The notes beneath the pieces are model-generated. The model saw nothing but the letters and a program-made list of their open reading frames with translations. It had not been told where the DNA came from and did no database searches. The translations under genes were made by a program, and so were the position numbers. This document shows, one piece after another, positions 9,049-17,695 of a stretch of DNA of 35,293 bases (within the stretch, counting starts at the first letter, position 1; every line of letters starts with the position of its first letter). Origin of the DNA: Vulcanimicrobiaceae bacterium (lineage in GTDB: Bacteria; Vulcanimicrobiota; Vulcanimicrobiia; Vulcanimicrobiales; Vulcanimicrobiaceae); NCBI GenBank assembly GCA_036265225.1, contig DATAPM010000188.1, positions 1-35,293 on the forward strand, in the 5' to 3' direction.

Positions 9049-9707
9049 AAATCCACGCCTGGATACCGATCCTGATCGGCATCGCGACCGGCAGCGCCGT
9101 CGCGGTTGCCATGATCGTTTTCGCGCCCTTCTGGCTGGCGCCCACGGTACGCGTCGTCGCCTGCTACAACGCCGCCGTCGTTGCCATGCTGGCCTGGTAT
9201 TGGGGCACCGCGTTAACCACACAGAACCGGCAGCCGCGCGCATTAGCCGCCTCCGACGACCCAGGGCGCGACGTCGCATTCGTTCTAACCCTTATGGCCG
9301 TGGCGTTCGGTTTCATCGCCGCTTTCGCCATTCTCGGACGCGGTCCGCACGACCGTATTCCTCCGCACGAAGCGTTCGTCGACATCGTGGGATTTGGCGC
9401 CGTCATCCTCGGCTGGATCCTCATCAACACGATCTTCACGTTCCGCTACGCGCATTTGTATTATCGCGATCACGACCGCAACAAAGAGTCCGATCGCGGG
9501 CTCGCATTCCCGGGCAATGAGGATCCGGATTACTTGGACTTCGCGTACTTCGCGTTTGTTGTCGGGATGACGTTCCAGGTCTCCGACGTGCAGGTCACAT
9601 CGCGTTCAATTCGACGCTTTGTGCTGCTGCATGGCTTAATTTCGTTCTGCTACAACACCGCGATTTTGGCGCTGGTCGTCAACGTCGTCTCGGGCCTGCT
9701 GCACTAG
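9045..9707 (+). CDS. Uncharacterised membrane protein, DUF1345-like
   Basis: The ATG overlaps the upstream stop (ATGA at 9045-9048). Multi-TM protein with FTFRYAHLYYRD...GLAFPG...PDYLDFAYFAFVVGMTFQVSDVQV, the signature region I associate with DUF1345. Confidence 0.7.
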   Translation: MKIHAWIPILIGIATGSAVAVAMIVFAPFWLAPTVRVVACYNAAVVAMLAWYWGTALTTQNRQPRALAASDDPGRDVAFVLTLMAVAFGFIAAFAILGRGPHDRIPPHEAFVDIVGFGAVILGWILINTIFTFRYAHLYYRDHDRNKESDRGLAFPGNEDPDYLDFAYFAFVVGMTFQVSDVQVTSRSIRRFVLLHGLISFCYNTAILALVVNVVSGLLH

Positions 9708-9713
9708 GGTGAT

Positions 9714-10652
9714 CTACTTCGCGAGGCTTACGGCCGCGCCGAACGGTTCGGTAAATCCGTTCAACGCCTTCGCCACCGAGCCGCCGCCGGGATAGTCCCA
9801 CAACCCCACGGTTCCCGCGCCGAAGTTCGGGCCGACCAGCGTCGAGCCTTGGAGCCAAAACTGGATGACGTCGTCGCCACCCTTGAGCTTGACGGTTTGC
9901 GCTAGGCCGCCCGTTTTGGTGAGACGGTAGATCGAGCCGGCGCCTCGATTGCCGACGGCAAGGTACTTGCCATCCCACTGAATGCCGCTCGGAATGCCGG
10001 TAGGCTTGAAGGACTCGCTGAGTTTAAAGAGCCTGATCGGCTTGCCGCCCTTGGGTAGTTCTGCAAGAGTGATTTTGCTCTGCCGATCCCACACCACGCC
10101 GAAGAGGTTGCCGCTTCCATCGTAGCTGCAAAACCAGCTCGCGTCGACGTCCTTGTCTTTATAGTGCGTCGGTTCGCCCTTCGCTTTCCGATAGACGGCA
10201 AACGGCCCGTACTGATACGACGAGAGCTGGGTGAGCGCGAGATCGCCCGTCAGCGGATCGACCGCACAACCGTCAGACGCACCGACGGTGGTAAGCTTGC
10301 GAATCGGTGCGGTTCCCCCGTGGGCAAAGACTTGCACTGGCCCCGCCTCATCGACTACGAAAAGATCGCCGGCCTTATCGGCACAGAGTCCCGCGACCGA
10401 TCCGAATCCGGTAAGTTTCCCCACGAGCGTGCCCTTAGGATAGGTTAACGCGTCGACCGAGTTCGTGCCGAGATCCGAAACGTAAAGTAAATTCTGACTC
10501 TTCGCGTTCGGCGCGATCCACGACTGGGCGGCCGCGCCGCGCACCGAAACCGACTGCGGAACGGTGCCGCCTCCGCAGCCCGCAAGGGCCACCGCGACGT
10601 TCAGGGCAATAGCGAATCCGAGGCGACCATAGGATATGGTGCTCACGTGCAT
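9714..10652 (-). CDS. Hypothetical lipoprotein, probably a beta-propeller-type fold
   Basis: Signal peptide with lipobox VALAGC followed by GGG. The rest is beta-rich with recurring G-x-L/F-x-V-x-D type blade-like segments (LLYVSDLGTNSV, GDLFVVDEAGPV, GDLALTQ, GNLFGVVWD, KYLAVGN). No family assigned. Confidence 0.65.
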   Translation of the reverse strand: MHVSTISYGRLGFAIALNVAVALAGCGGGTVPQSVSVRGAAAQSWIAPNAKSQNLLYVSDLGTNSVDALTYPKGTLVGKLTGFGSVAGLCADKAGDLFVVDEAGPVQVFAHGGTAPIRKLTTVGASDGCAVDPLTGDLALTQLSSYQYGPFAVYRKAKGEPTHYKDKDVDASWFCSYDGSGNLFGVVWDRQSKITLAELPKGGKPIRLFKLSESFKPTGIPSGIQWDGKYLAVGNRGAGSIYRLTKTGGLAQTVKLKGGDDVIQFWLQGSTLVGPNFGAGTVGLWDYPGGGSVAKALNGFTEPFGAAVSLAK

Positions 10653-10685
10653 ATTTTAGCACCCCACGCCCGCTTTCGCAAAGAG

Positions 10686-12110
10686 CTAGCGCGACGCGCG
10701 GCGTGCCTCTCGTTGTAATATCTCCCATGCCAGCTCGACGTCGCCGCGTTGCGTGCGAAGGTTTCCGATGGCCAGGCGAAGAGCGTAGGTGTCGTGGATC
10801 TTCGTATGAGAGAGAAAGATTTCGCCGCCGGCGTTGACCGCTTCGACGATCGCCGCGTTGAGCCGCTCCAAGCCCGAATCGTCCACTCCGGCGGGTGCAT
10901 AACGAAAACAAACGACTGAGAGCGGATGCGGTGCGAGAACTTCCCAATCCGATTCGGCCTCGACCCAGGCCGCAAACTCTTGAGCCAACGCGATGTGCGC
11001 GCGCAGCCTTTCGCGGATGCCTTCTGCACCGAGGTGCCGGAGCACGAACCAAAGCTTGAGCGCGCGGAATCGCCGCCCAAGCTGGATCCCGTATTCCATA
11101 TAATTTATTGCGTCGGCTTCGGGCGTCGTCAGCACGAACTCCGGAACGATGCTAAACGCGCGCCGCACCATCGCCTCGTCTTTGACGAACAGCACCGAAC
11201 AATCCATCGGAACGAACATCCACTTATGCGGATTGACGACGAGCGAATCGGCCAGCTCGACGCCGTCGAAAAGCGACCGGTACTCGGGTACAATCGCGGC
11301 GATTCCAGCGTAGGCCGCGTCCACGTGCAGCCATACGCCGAACTCGCGCGCGATCGCGGCAATGGCCGGGACCGGATCCGTCGACGTCGTGGAGGTCGTG
11401 CCGACGGTGGCGACGATCGCGGTTGGCCGCATCCCGGCGCGGCGATCGTTCTCGATCTGCTGGCGCAGCGCGCCGGGACGCATGCGGAACTCATTATCGC
11501 AGCCAACGCGCACGACGTTGTTTTGACCGATACCTAGCGCGATCGCCGCCTTCTCGACGTGCGAGTGCGTCTGGTCGGTAACGTAAATGCGTAACGCCGG
11601 TACATCGCGTCCGCTCATGCCGCGCTCGCGAATCGCGAGATCGAGCGCTTCGCGCGCCGCCGCCAATGCGGTAAAGCCGGCAACCGAAGCGGTGTCGTAA
11701 ATGATGCCGGTCCACGCCGGCGGCACGCCCAGCAGCCGGCCGAGCCAGCGCAGCGTCACCTCTTCGAGTTCGGTTGCGGCGGGCGAGGTGCGCCAGAGCA
11801 TCGCTTTTACGTCGAGCGTTGCGGCCAGCGCCTCGGCCGCTACGGCCGCCGGCGCGGCGCTGGTCGCGAAGTACGCAAAGAAACGCGGATGATTCCAGTG
11901 CGTGGTCGCAGGAACGACGATCTTTTCGAAGTCGGCAAATATCCGCTCGAAAGGCTCGCCCCTTTCGGGCGCTTCCACGGGGAGCGCGGCAACCACGTCG
12001 CCGGGGCGCACGTCGGGCATCACCCGGTACTGCTCCGGATGCTCGTAGTAGTCGCCGATCCATGCGCCGACGCGCTCGAAGGCGGCGCGCAGCTCGTCCG
12101 TCCGTTCCAT
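10686..12110 (-). CDS. Group II PLP-dependent amino-acid decarboxylase (aromatic-L-amino-acid/DDC-type)
   Basis: NPHKWMFVPMDCSVLFV is the DDC-family PLP-lysine motif. THWNHPRFFAYF, DQTHSHVEKAA and GIQLGRRFRALKLWFVLR align with DDC. Start set to the ATG at 12110 (MERTDELRAAFERVGAWIGDYY) because it aligns with the DDC N-terminus. The ORF track's start at 12152 would overlap the divergent gene's ATG. Confidence 0.88.
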   Translation of the reverse strand: MERTDELRAAFERVGAWIGDYYEHPEQYRVMPDVRPGDVVAALPVEAPERGEPFERIFADFEKIVVPATTHWNHPRFFAYFATSAAPAAVAAEALAATLDVKAMLWRTSPAATELEEVTLRWLGRLLGVPPAWTGIIYDTASVAGFTALAAAREALDLAIRERGMSGRDVPALRIYVTDQTHSHVEKAAIALGIGQNNVVRVGCDNEFRMRPGALRQQIENDRRAGMRPTAIVATVGTTSTTSTDPVPAIAAIAREFGVWLHVDAAYAGIAAIVPEYRSLFDGVELADSLVVNPHKWMFVPMDCSVLFVKDEAMVRRAFSIVPEFVLTTPEADAINYMEYGIQLGRRFRALKLWFVLRHLGAEGIRERLRAHIALAQEFAAWVEAESDWEVLAPHPLSVVCFRYAPAGVDDSGLERLNAAIVEAVNAGGEIFLSHTKIHDTYALRLAIGNLRTQRGDVELAWEILQREARRASR

Positions 12111-12150
12111 CGGGTGGAGTGTTGGCGCCCCGGACGGAGAAGGCCCTGGC

Positions 12151-13197
12151 ATGAAGTACCGGACCTATTCCAACAGCGACGTGACGGTGAGCGAGGTCGG
12201 TTTTGGCCTGTGGACGACCGCTACCGGATGGTGGGGCGAGAAGAGCGACGACGAGGCCGTAGCGCTTCTCCAAGAGGCGCACGATCTGGGGATTACCCTC
12301 TTCGATGCCGCCGATACGTACGGCAACGGCCGCAGCGAGGAGCAGTTAGCCAAAGCCTTCGGCGATCGCCGCGAACGCGTCGTGTACGCGACGAAGTTCG
12401 GCTACGATTTCTCGGACAGCAGCGACGCGCGCCGCGGACAATCCGAGCTGCCGCAAGATTTTTCAACGCCGTTCGTGCGCGCCGCCCTCGAGGCGTCGCT
12501 GCGCCGGCTCGGCACCGACTACGTCGACATCTACCAAATGCACAACGCGCGCATGGCGCAGGTCGACAACGACGCGTTGTGGGAGTTGCTCGAGTCGCTC
12601 AAACGCGAGGGCAAGATCCGCACGTACGGCGTGGCGCTCGGTCCGGCGATCGGCTGGCTTTACGAAGGCATCGAGGCGGTGCGCCGGCGCAACGTGCCGT
12701 CGCTGCAGATTATTTGGAATGCGCTCGAACAATATCCCGGCAACGAGCAAATCCAGGCCGCCTACGACGCAGAAGCGCAGACCGGGTACATGATTCGCGT
12801 TCCGCACTCGAGCGGTTTGCTCGAAGGACATTACACCGCCGAAACCACGTTCCCAGCGAACGACCATCGCCGCCACCGGCCGCGCGAATGGCTGACTAAC
12901 GGCGTGCAAAAGATCGAGCAGCTGCGGTTTTTGGAGCGCCCCGGGCGCACGCTCGGACAAGCCTCGATTCAATGGCTGCTCGCCGAGCCGCGCGTGATGA
13001 CGGTGCTGCCGAACATCTACGATCGCGAACAGCTCGCCGAGTTCGCCGCCGCTCCCGAGGCGCCGGACCTCGAGCCGGCGGAGCTAGCGCGCGTCGACGA
13101 ACTCTACCGCACCAACTTCGGCATAGAAGAACCACCCATGGCGTTTAAGGGCACGATGACTCCGCCGGCTCAGTCGATGGCCGGCACCCCTTCGTGA
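12151..13197 (+). CDS. Aldo/keto reductase family oxidoreductase
   Basis: GGAGAAGG lies upstream of the ATG. VSEVGFGLWT, FDAADTYGNGRSEE and LGTDYVDIYQMH are typical AKR motifs. Size is 348 aa. Confidence 0.9.
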   Translation: MKYRTYSNSDVTVSEVGFGLWTTATGWWGEKSDDEAVALLQEAHDLGITLFDAADTYGNGRSEEQLAKAFGDRRERVVYATKFGYDFSDSSDARRGQSELPQDFSTPFVRAALEASLRRLGTDYVDIYQMHNARMAQVDNDALWELLESLKREGKIRTYGVALGPAIGWLYEGIEAVRRRNVPSLQIIWNALEQYPGNEQIQAAYDAEAQTGYMIRVPHSSGLLEGHYTAETTFPANDHRRHRPREWLTNGVQKIEQLRFLERPGRTLGQASIQWLLAEPRVMTVLPNIYDREQLAEFAAAPEAPDLEPAELARVDELYRTNFGIEEPPMAFKGTMTPPAQSMAGTPS

Positions 13198-13204
13198 ACG
13201 CGTC

Positions 13205-13585
13205 ATGAGAGCCGAGCACGTCATCACGCCGCTGGCGCCGCAACCGATCGGCCCGTACAGCCAAGCCGTTCAGTTCGGCAGCGAACTCTACTGCAGCGGC
13301 CAGATTCCGCTCGATCCGCAGACCGGTGAAATGGTCGCCGGCGACGTCGGCGCGCAGACCGAACGCGTGATCGAAAATATCGGCGCGGTCCTTTGCGCCG
13401 CCGGCTACGAGTTCGTCGACGTCGTCAAAACGACGATCTATCTCATCGACATGGCGGACTTCCCCGCGGTAAATGCGGTCTACGAACGCTATTTCAGCGC
13501 CAATAAACCGGCGCGCTCGACGGTCGCGGTTGCCGCTCTGCCGCGCGGCGCTCGCATCGAAATCGACTGCATCGCCCGCACCTAG
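13205..13585 (+). CDS. ridA: RidA/YjgF-family reactive enamine/imine deaminase
   Basis: 126 aa. PIGPYSQAV, YCSGQIPLDPQTGEMV, VKTTIYL-DMADF and PARSTVAVAALPRGARIEIDCIA form a near-canonical RidA pattern. It starts 7 nt downstream of the AKR gene. Confidence 0.9.
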   Translation: MRAEHVITPLAPQPIGPYSQAVQFGSELYCSGQIPLDPQTGEMVAGDVGAQTERVIENIGAVLCAAGYEFVDVVKTTIYLIDMADFPAVNAVYERYFSANKPARSTVAVAALPRGARIEIDCIART

Positions 13586-13589
13586 GCGA

Positions 13590-14792
13590 TTACTGCGGCG
13601 CCTGAGCGGCCGATTGCGTAAGACGTGCCGATTCTTCTTTGGCGATTGCGGCGACGTCGGGATCCAGCGACGTCTCTGCCGCCTTGAGTTGCGCTAGAGC
13701 GAGCGCTTTTTGCCCTTGCGCGGCGTAGGCGCGCGCAAGCAGGTAGCGGACGCGTCCGTCGTACGGTGCGGCCGCGACGCCCTTCATGAGCGCGGCTTGC
13801 GCTAGCGGATAAAGGCCGTTGTGCTCGTAGTCGATGCCCAGATTCACGTACGACTCGGGAACGTACGGATTAACCGAGATCGCTTGCACGTAAAAACTGA
13901 CGGCACGCTTCCAGTCGCCGTGCAGGTCGGCGAGGTAGCCGAAGTTGACGATCGCTTCGGGACGCTCTGGCTCGAGGTTGTGCGCGCGCTTGAAGGCATC
14001 CGTCGCCTCGTTGTAACGCTCGGACTGAATCTTAGCGACTCCGACGTTGTCATAGCACGCGTAGTTGCCGGGATCGATGTTGAGGCAGTTCTGCAGGTAA
14101 CCGAGCGCAGCGACCGGCTGATGCAGGTCGAGATAGGCCATTCCCAGGCCGTTGAGCGCGGCGATCGATCGCGGGTCGCTGTCGAGCGAGCGCCGGAAAT
14201 AGACGATCGCCTGGGTGGGGTGATGGAGCGTTTCGTAAACCTCGGCCAGCTCTTCTTGATAGTCGGCGACGTTGGGGTTCTCACGCGCCACGCGCTCCAT
14301 CTGCTCCTGATACTCCGGCAAGTCGCCCTTGCGCAAGTGCATCAGCACCAGGTCGCGAATCGAATCGGTACCCGGCAGCGCGCTTTGGAACTGCACGATC
14401 GCGTCGTCCACACGGTTCTGCGTGGCGTAGACGACGCCGAGACGATTATGCGTCTCTTTATCGTGAGAGTCACGCGCCAAAAGCTGCTCGTAAACGGCTT
14501 GGGCACGGTCGAAACGCCCTTGCCGGTAGTAGAGGTCGCCGAGGAAACGCGCCGCGTCGGTACCGTTGGGGTGCGACGAAACGAACTCCGCCATGTACGT
14601 TACCGCTGCGTCCAGCTGACCGGCGGCGATAAGCTGCCGCGCGTAGGAAATCGCGGCGCGCTGATCCGCGACGTCGTGCGCCTCAGGCGGAATAAAGACG
14701 TTGTAATCGTTGGGCCCCGCTGCCGCCGGCGCGAGGAGGCCCGGCCCCGACATCAGTCCCAGGAACGCCAGAGTCGAGAGAATGCGTCGCAT
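13590..14792 (-). CDS. Secreted tetratricopeptide (TPR) repeat protein
   Basis: Signal peptide MRRILSTLAFLGLMSGPGLLAPAAAG, then many 34-aa TPR-like units with A-x-x-x-Y/F-x-x-A-L-x-x-D/NP periodicity. A strong AAGGAG site precedes the ATG. It begins 66 nt downstream of nuoN. Confidence 0.85.
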   Translation of the reverse strand: MRRILSTLAFLGLMSGPGLLAPAAAGPNDYNVFIPPEAHDVADQRAAISYARQLIAAGQLDAAVTYMAEFVSSHPNGTDAARFLGDLYYRQGRFDRAQAVYEQLLARDSHDKETHNRLGVVYATQNRVDDAIVQFQSALPGTDSIRDLVLMHLRKGDLPEYQEQMERVARENPNVADYQEELAEVYETLHHPTQAIVYFRRSLDSDPRSIAALNGLGMAYLDLHQPVAALGYLQNCLNIDPGNYACYDNVGVAKIQSERYNEATDAFKRAHNLEPERPEAIVNFGYLADLHGDWKRAVSFYVQAISVNPYVPESYVNLGIDYEHNGLYPLAQAALMKGVAAAPYDGRVRYLLARAYAAQGQKALALAQLKAAETSLDPDVAAIAKEESARLTQSAAQAPQ

Positions 14793-14858
14793 TGTCGCTC
14801 CTTACCTCAGCACTACTATAGCGCACCGTACGCCGGGAGCGTGACGGCGAACCGAGTG

Positions 14859-16286
14859 CTAGTGGACGAGCGGCAATATATTGCTGGGCGTCAGCGGGTA
14901 GAAGGCCATGATCACCACCGCCACCCCACAGAGCGCGGCGCTCGCCCAGGCCAGCGGCACGTAGGGCCGGACCTCAGCCCCCGGCGCCTCTTCCCGCGCG
15001 TACATCACGCGGACGACCTTGGCGTACGCGTAGAGCGAGATGGCCGTTCCGATGATCAGCACCGCCCCCAGCCAGATGTAGCCGTTAGCCGCACTCGAGG
15101 CTAGGATCAGGATTTTCCCGAGGAAGCCGGCGGTCGGCGGCAACCCTGCCAGAGCGAGCAAGAAGACGGTCATCCCCGCCGCCAGCCAGGGGCGACGGTA
15201 GGCCAAACCGCGATAGCTGCGCATCTCGGCGCCCTCCTCGCCCTCGCCCGAGATCGCCGATGCAACCGCAAAAGCGCCGAGGTTCATCAGCGCGTAGGCG
15301 GTCAGGTAATAGAGCGCGTAGCGCAATCCGAGCGGCGTGCTTCCTGCGAGAGCCACGAGGATGTAGCCGACTTGAGCGATTCCCGAATAGCCGAGCAAAC
15401 GTTTGAGATTGGTTTGGGCCAGCATGCCGACGTTTCCGGCGATCATCGAAATTCCGGCGACGATCCATACCGGTATCAGCAAGCGGTCCCCCACGCCGAG
15501 CGGCAACGCCGCATAAATAAAGCGGGCGAAGACGGCCAGCGTCGCGGCTTTGGTGGCGACGCTCATGAAGGCCGTGACCGGAAGCGGCGCGCCTTCGAAA
15601 ACGTCGGGCGTCCAACTGTGAAACGGAACCATGCTCAGCTTGAAGAGCAGCCCGATCATGAACATGCCGGTGCCCATCCAGTAGATTGGATTGTAGGTCA
15701 GCATCGGTTCGACCAAATCGGAGAGCCTGACGCTTCCGGTCGCGCCGAAGAGCAGCGCCATGCCGAAGAGCAAGAATCCGGTCGCGGTCGAACTCAAGAT
15801 CAAATATTTGAGCGCCGACTCGCGAGCGGTGCGGCGATCGGCGGCGGCACAGAGCGCGTAGAGTCCCAGCGAGAGCAGTTCCAGGCCGAGGAAGATCATC
15901 ATGAGGTTGGCCGCGCCGGCCATAAGCATCGCTCCGCACGTGCTCCACAACATGATCGCGATCGTGCCGGCGACGCGCGGCGCGGCGCCAATGTTGGCGT
16001 ACAAGATCACCGATCCGGCCGCAGCGAGCAGGACGATCTCTTCGAAGACGGTGGTAAACCCGCCGGTCATGAAGCCACCAAAGAATGCGTCGTGATTGTG
16101 ACCGAACTGCTTCGCGGCGAACGCCGCAGAGAGTCCGAGCCCGATCAGCGCGACGGCGATTGAAACGTAACGTCCGCGTTGCCCGGAAACGAAGAAATCG
16201 GCGAGCAACACGACGAGTGCGCTAACCGCAACGATGCTTACGGGCACGATCGCCGCCCAGTCGGCGTGCGTAAACGGAATCGTCAT
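14859..16286 (-). CDS. nuoN: NADH-quinone oxidoreductase subunit N
   Basis: Polytopic antiporter-like subunit, last gene of the nuo cluster. Start refined to the ATG at 16286 (MTIPFTHADW), which overlaps the nuoM stop as ATGA. The upstream 40 codons are Arg/Gly-rich and non-membrane. Confidence 0.88.
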   Translation of the reverse strand: MTIPFTHADWAAIVPVSIVAVSALVVLLADFFVSGQRGRYVSIAVALIGLGLSAAFAAKQFGHNHDAFFGGFMTGGFTTVFEEIVLLAAAGSVILYANIGAAPRVAGTIAIMLWSTCGAMLMAGAANLMMIFLGLELLSLGLYALCAAADRRTARESALKYLILSSTATGFLLFGMALLFGATGSVRLSDLVEPMLTYNPIYWMGTGMFMIGLLFKLSMVPFHSWTPDVFEGAPLPVTAFMSVATKAATLAVFARFIYAALPLGVGDRLLIPVWIVAGISMIAGNVGMLAQTNLKRLLGYSGIAQVGYILVALAGSTPLGLRYALYYLTAYALMNLGAFAVASAISGEGEEGAEMRSYRGLAYRRPWLAAGMTVFLLALAGLPPTAGFLGKILILASSAANGYIWLGAVLIIGTAISLYAYAKVVRVMYAREEAPGAEVRPYVPLAWASAALCGVAVVIMAFYPLTPSNILPLVH

Positions 16287-17695
16287 GGCGTACGCGAGCT
16301 CGTCGTAACGACCGGGGCGGCGTGCGTTCCCAGCAACGGCGCGGGATAAACGCCGACCGCAACCAATGCCGCCAGCAGCGGCGCGACGGCGAGGGCCTCG
16401 CGCCAACCCAGATCCGGACGCACCGGGACGTCGTCATCCGGCGGACCGTTCATGATGTCTTGATAGAGTCGCAGCATGTACGCCGATGCGGCCACGATGG
16501 CGACGAGCGCCACGATCACCGGCCAGACGTAACCAGCCTGGTAGACGCCGATCAGAATGATTAACTCGCCGGCGAAGCCCGCTAATCCGGGAAGTCCGAG
16601 CGCCGCCAATGCGGCGACGCAGAGCGCGCCCGCCAAGCGCGGATTCCGCCAACCTAGGCCGCCGAGACGCGAGAGCGATCGGGTATCTTCGCGTTCCTCG
16701 ACGTAGCCGAGCACGATGAAGAGGGCCGCCGAAAAGAGACCGTGCGCGACGATGTAGACCAGCGCACCCTTTAGCGCCAGCTGATTCCCCGATGCGACGG
16801 CGATGGCGATCAATCCGAGGTGCGAGAGCGAGGAGTACGCAACCACGCGTTTCACGTCGTTCTGCACCAGCGCGACGACCGCGCCGTAAACGAGCGAAAT
16901 CGCGCCCAGAATCATGAGCGGCAGCGCGAAAGCATGCACGTAAGCCGGCAGCAGGGCCAGCGCAATCGCGATAAATCCATAGAGTCCGGCTTTGGATTGC
17001 ACCGCAGAAACGACCGAGACCATCGGGGAAGGCAAGCCGCTATACGTCGGGGGCATCCAGGTGTGCAGCGGCCATACCGGCGTCTTAACCAAGAACGCAA
17101 ACGCAAAACCGGCGTAGATCCACTCGGCCCAGCCGCCGGCAAAGGGGGCGGCGCCGCGGCCGATGACGTCGGTGGATCCGTAAATCACGCCGAAGGCGGC
17201 GGTGGCGAGCAACAGGGTTAGTCCGCCGGCGAAATTATAAATGAGGTAGCGCCATGCCGTTGCCGGATGCTCGCCCCACCCAACCAGCGCGAAGAATACG
17301 GGTATCAACATCAGATCCCAGCAGAGCGCGAAGACGAGCAGATCGCGCGCCAAAAAGAGCCCCATCATCGCGCCTTCAAGTATCAGGATCAGAGCAACCA
17401 TGTCGCGCGTTCGCGAGACGCGCGTCGCGGCAATCGCACAAGCCGTGCAGATCGCCAGCAAAAGCGCGAGCCAGTAGGAAATCGGCGTCGCCCCGAAGTG
17501 GAAGGCTGCGGTAAAGGGCCGCGAGAGCCAGTGGAAGCTCCACTGCGCGTCGCCCGCCACGACGGTCGTCGCCACCGTAGCCGCAGCAACGAGCGCTCCG
17601 ATCGCCCGCGCCGCCGTCTCCGAGTTGCGAGGCAGAGCGAAAAGCAGCGCGCCGGCGACGATCGGCAGCAGAATCGTTGCGAGCACCAGCGACAC
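16283..17695 (-). CDS. nuoM: NADH-quinone oxidoreductase subunit M
   Basis: 470-aa antiporter-like subunit in the conserved position between nuoL and nuoN. GTG start overlaps the nuoL stop by 1 nt. Confidence 0.88.
   Translation of the reverse strand: MSLVLATILLPIVAGALLFALPRNSETAARAIGALVAAATVATTVVAGDAQWSFHWLSRPFTAAFHFGATPISYWLALLLAICTACAIAATRVSRTRDMVALILILEGAMMGLFLARDLLVFALCWDLMLIPVFFALVGWGEHPATAWRYLIYNFAGGLTLLLATAAFGVIYGSTDVIGRGAAPFAGGWAEWIYAGFAFAFLVKTPVWPLHTWMPPTYSGLPSPMVSVVSAVQSKAGLYGFIAIALALLPAYVHAFALPLMILGAISLVYGAVVALVQNDVKRVVAYSSLSHLGLIAIAVASGNQLALKGALVYIVAHGLFSAALFIVLGYVEEREDTRSLSRLGGLGWRNPRLAGALCVAALAALGLPGLAGFAGELIILIGVYQAGYVWPVIVALVAIVAASAYMLRLYQDIMNGPPDDDVPVRPDLGWREALAVAPLLAALVAVGVYPAPLLGTHAAPVVTTSSRTP

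Noticed and set aside
8200-9279. 359-aa minus-strand ORF overlapping both DUF membrane-protein genes
   Set aside because: Extremely Arg-rich (runs of RRRR) and runs across the strong plus-strand terminator. The plus-strand frames encode coherent TM helices and conserved-looking motifs.
10686-12110. Idea that the DDC-type enzyme is an aromatic aldehyde synthase feeding the adjacent aldo/keto reductase
   Set aside because: The residues reported to switch decarboxylase into aldehyde-synthase chemistry look decarboxylase-like here. A His is retained in DQTHSHVE. A Tyr is retained in the catalytic-loop region (AINYMEYGIQLGRRF, aligned with ITDYRHWQIPLGRRF of DDC). This is an alignment by eye, so it is rejected only provisionally.
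11494-12899. Long ORFs (11494..12282 minus, 11889..12899 plus) overlapping the decarboxylase and AKR genes
   Set aside because: Both are Arg-rich alternative frames. The annotated frames carry canonical DDC and AKR motifs.
13821-15104. 427-aa plus-strand ORF antisense to the TPR gene and the end of nuoN
   Set aside because: Arg/Val/Gly-rich composition typical of shadow frames in GC-rich DNA, with no recognisable motifs. The opposite strand encodes clearly periodic TPR repeats and NuoN TM helices.
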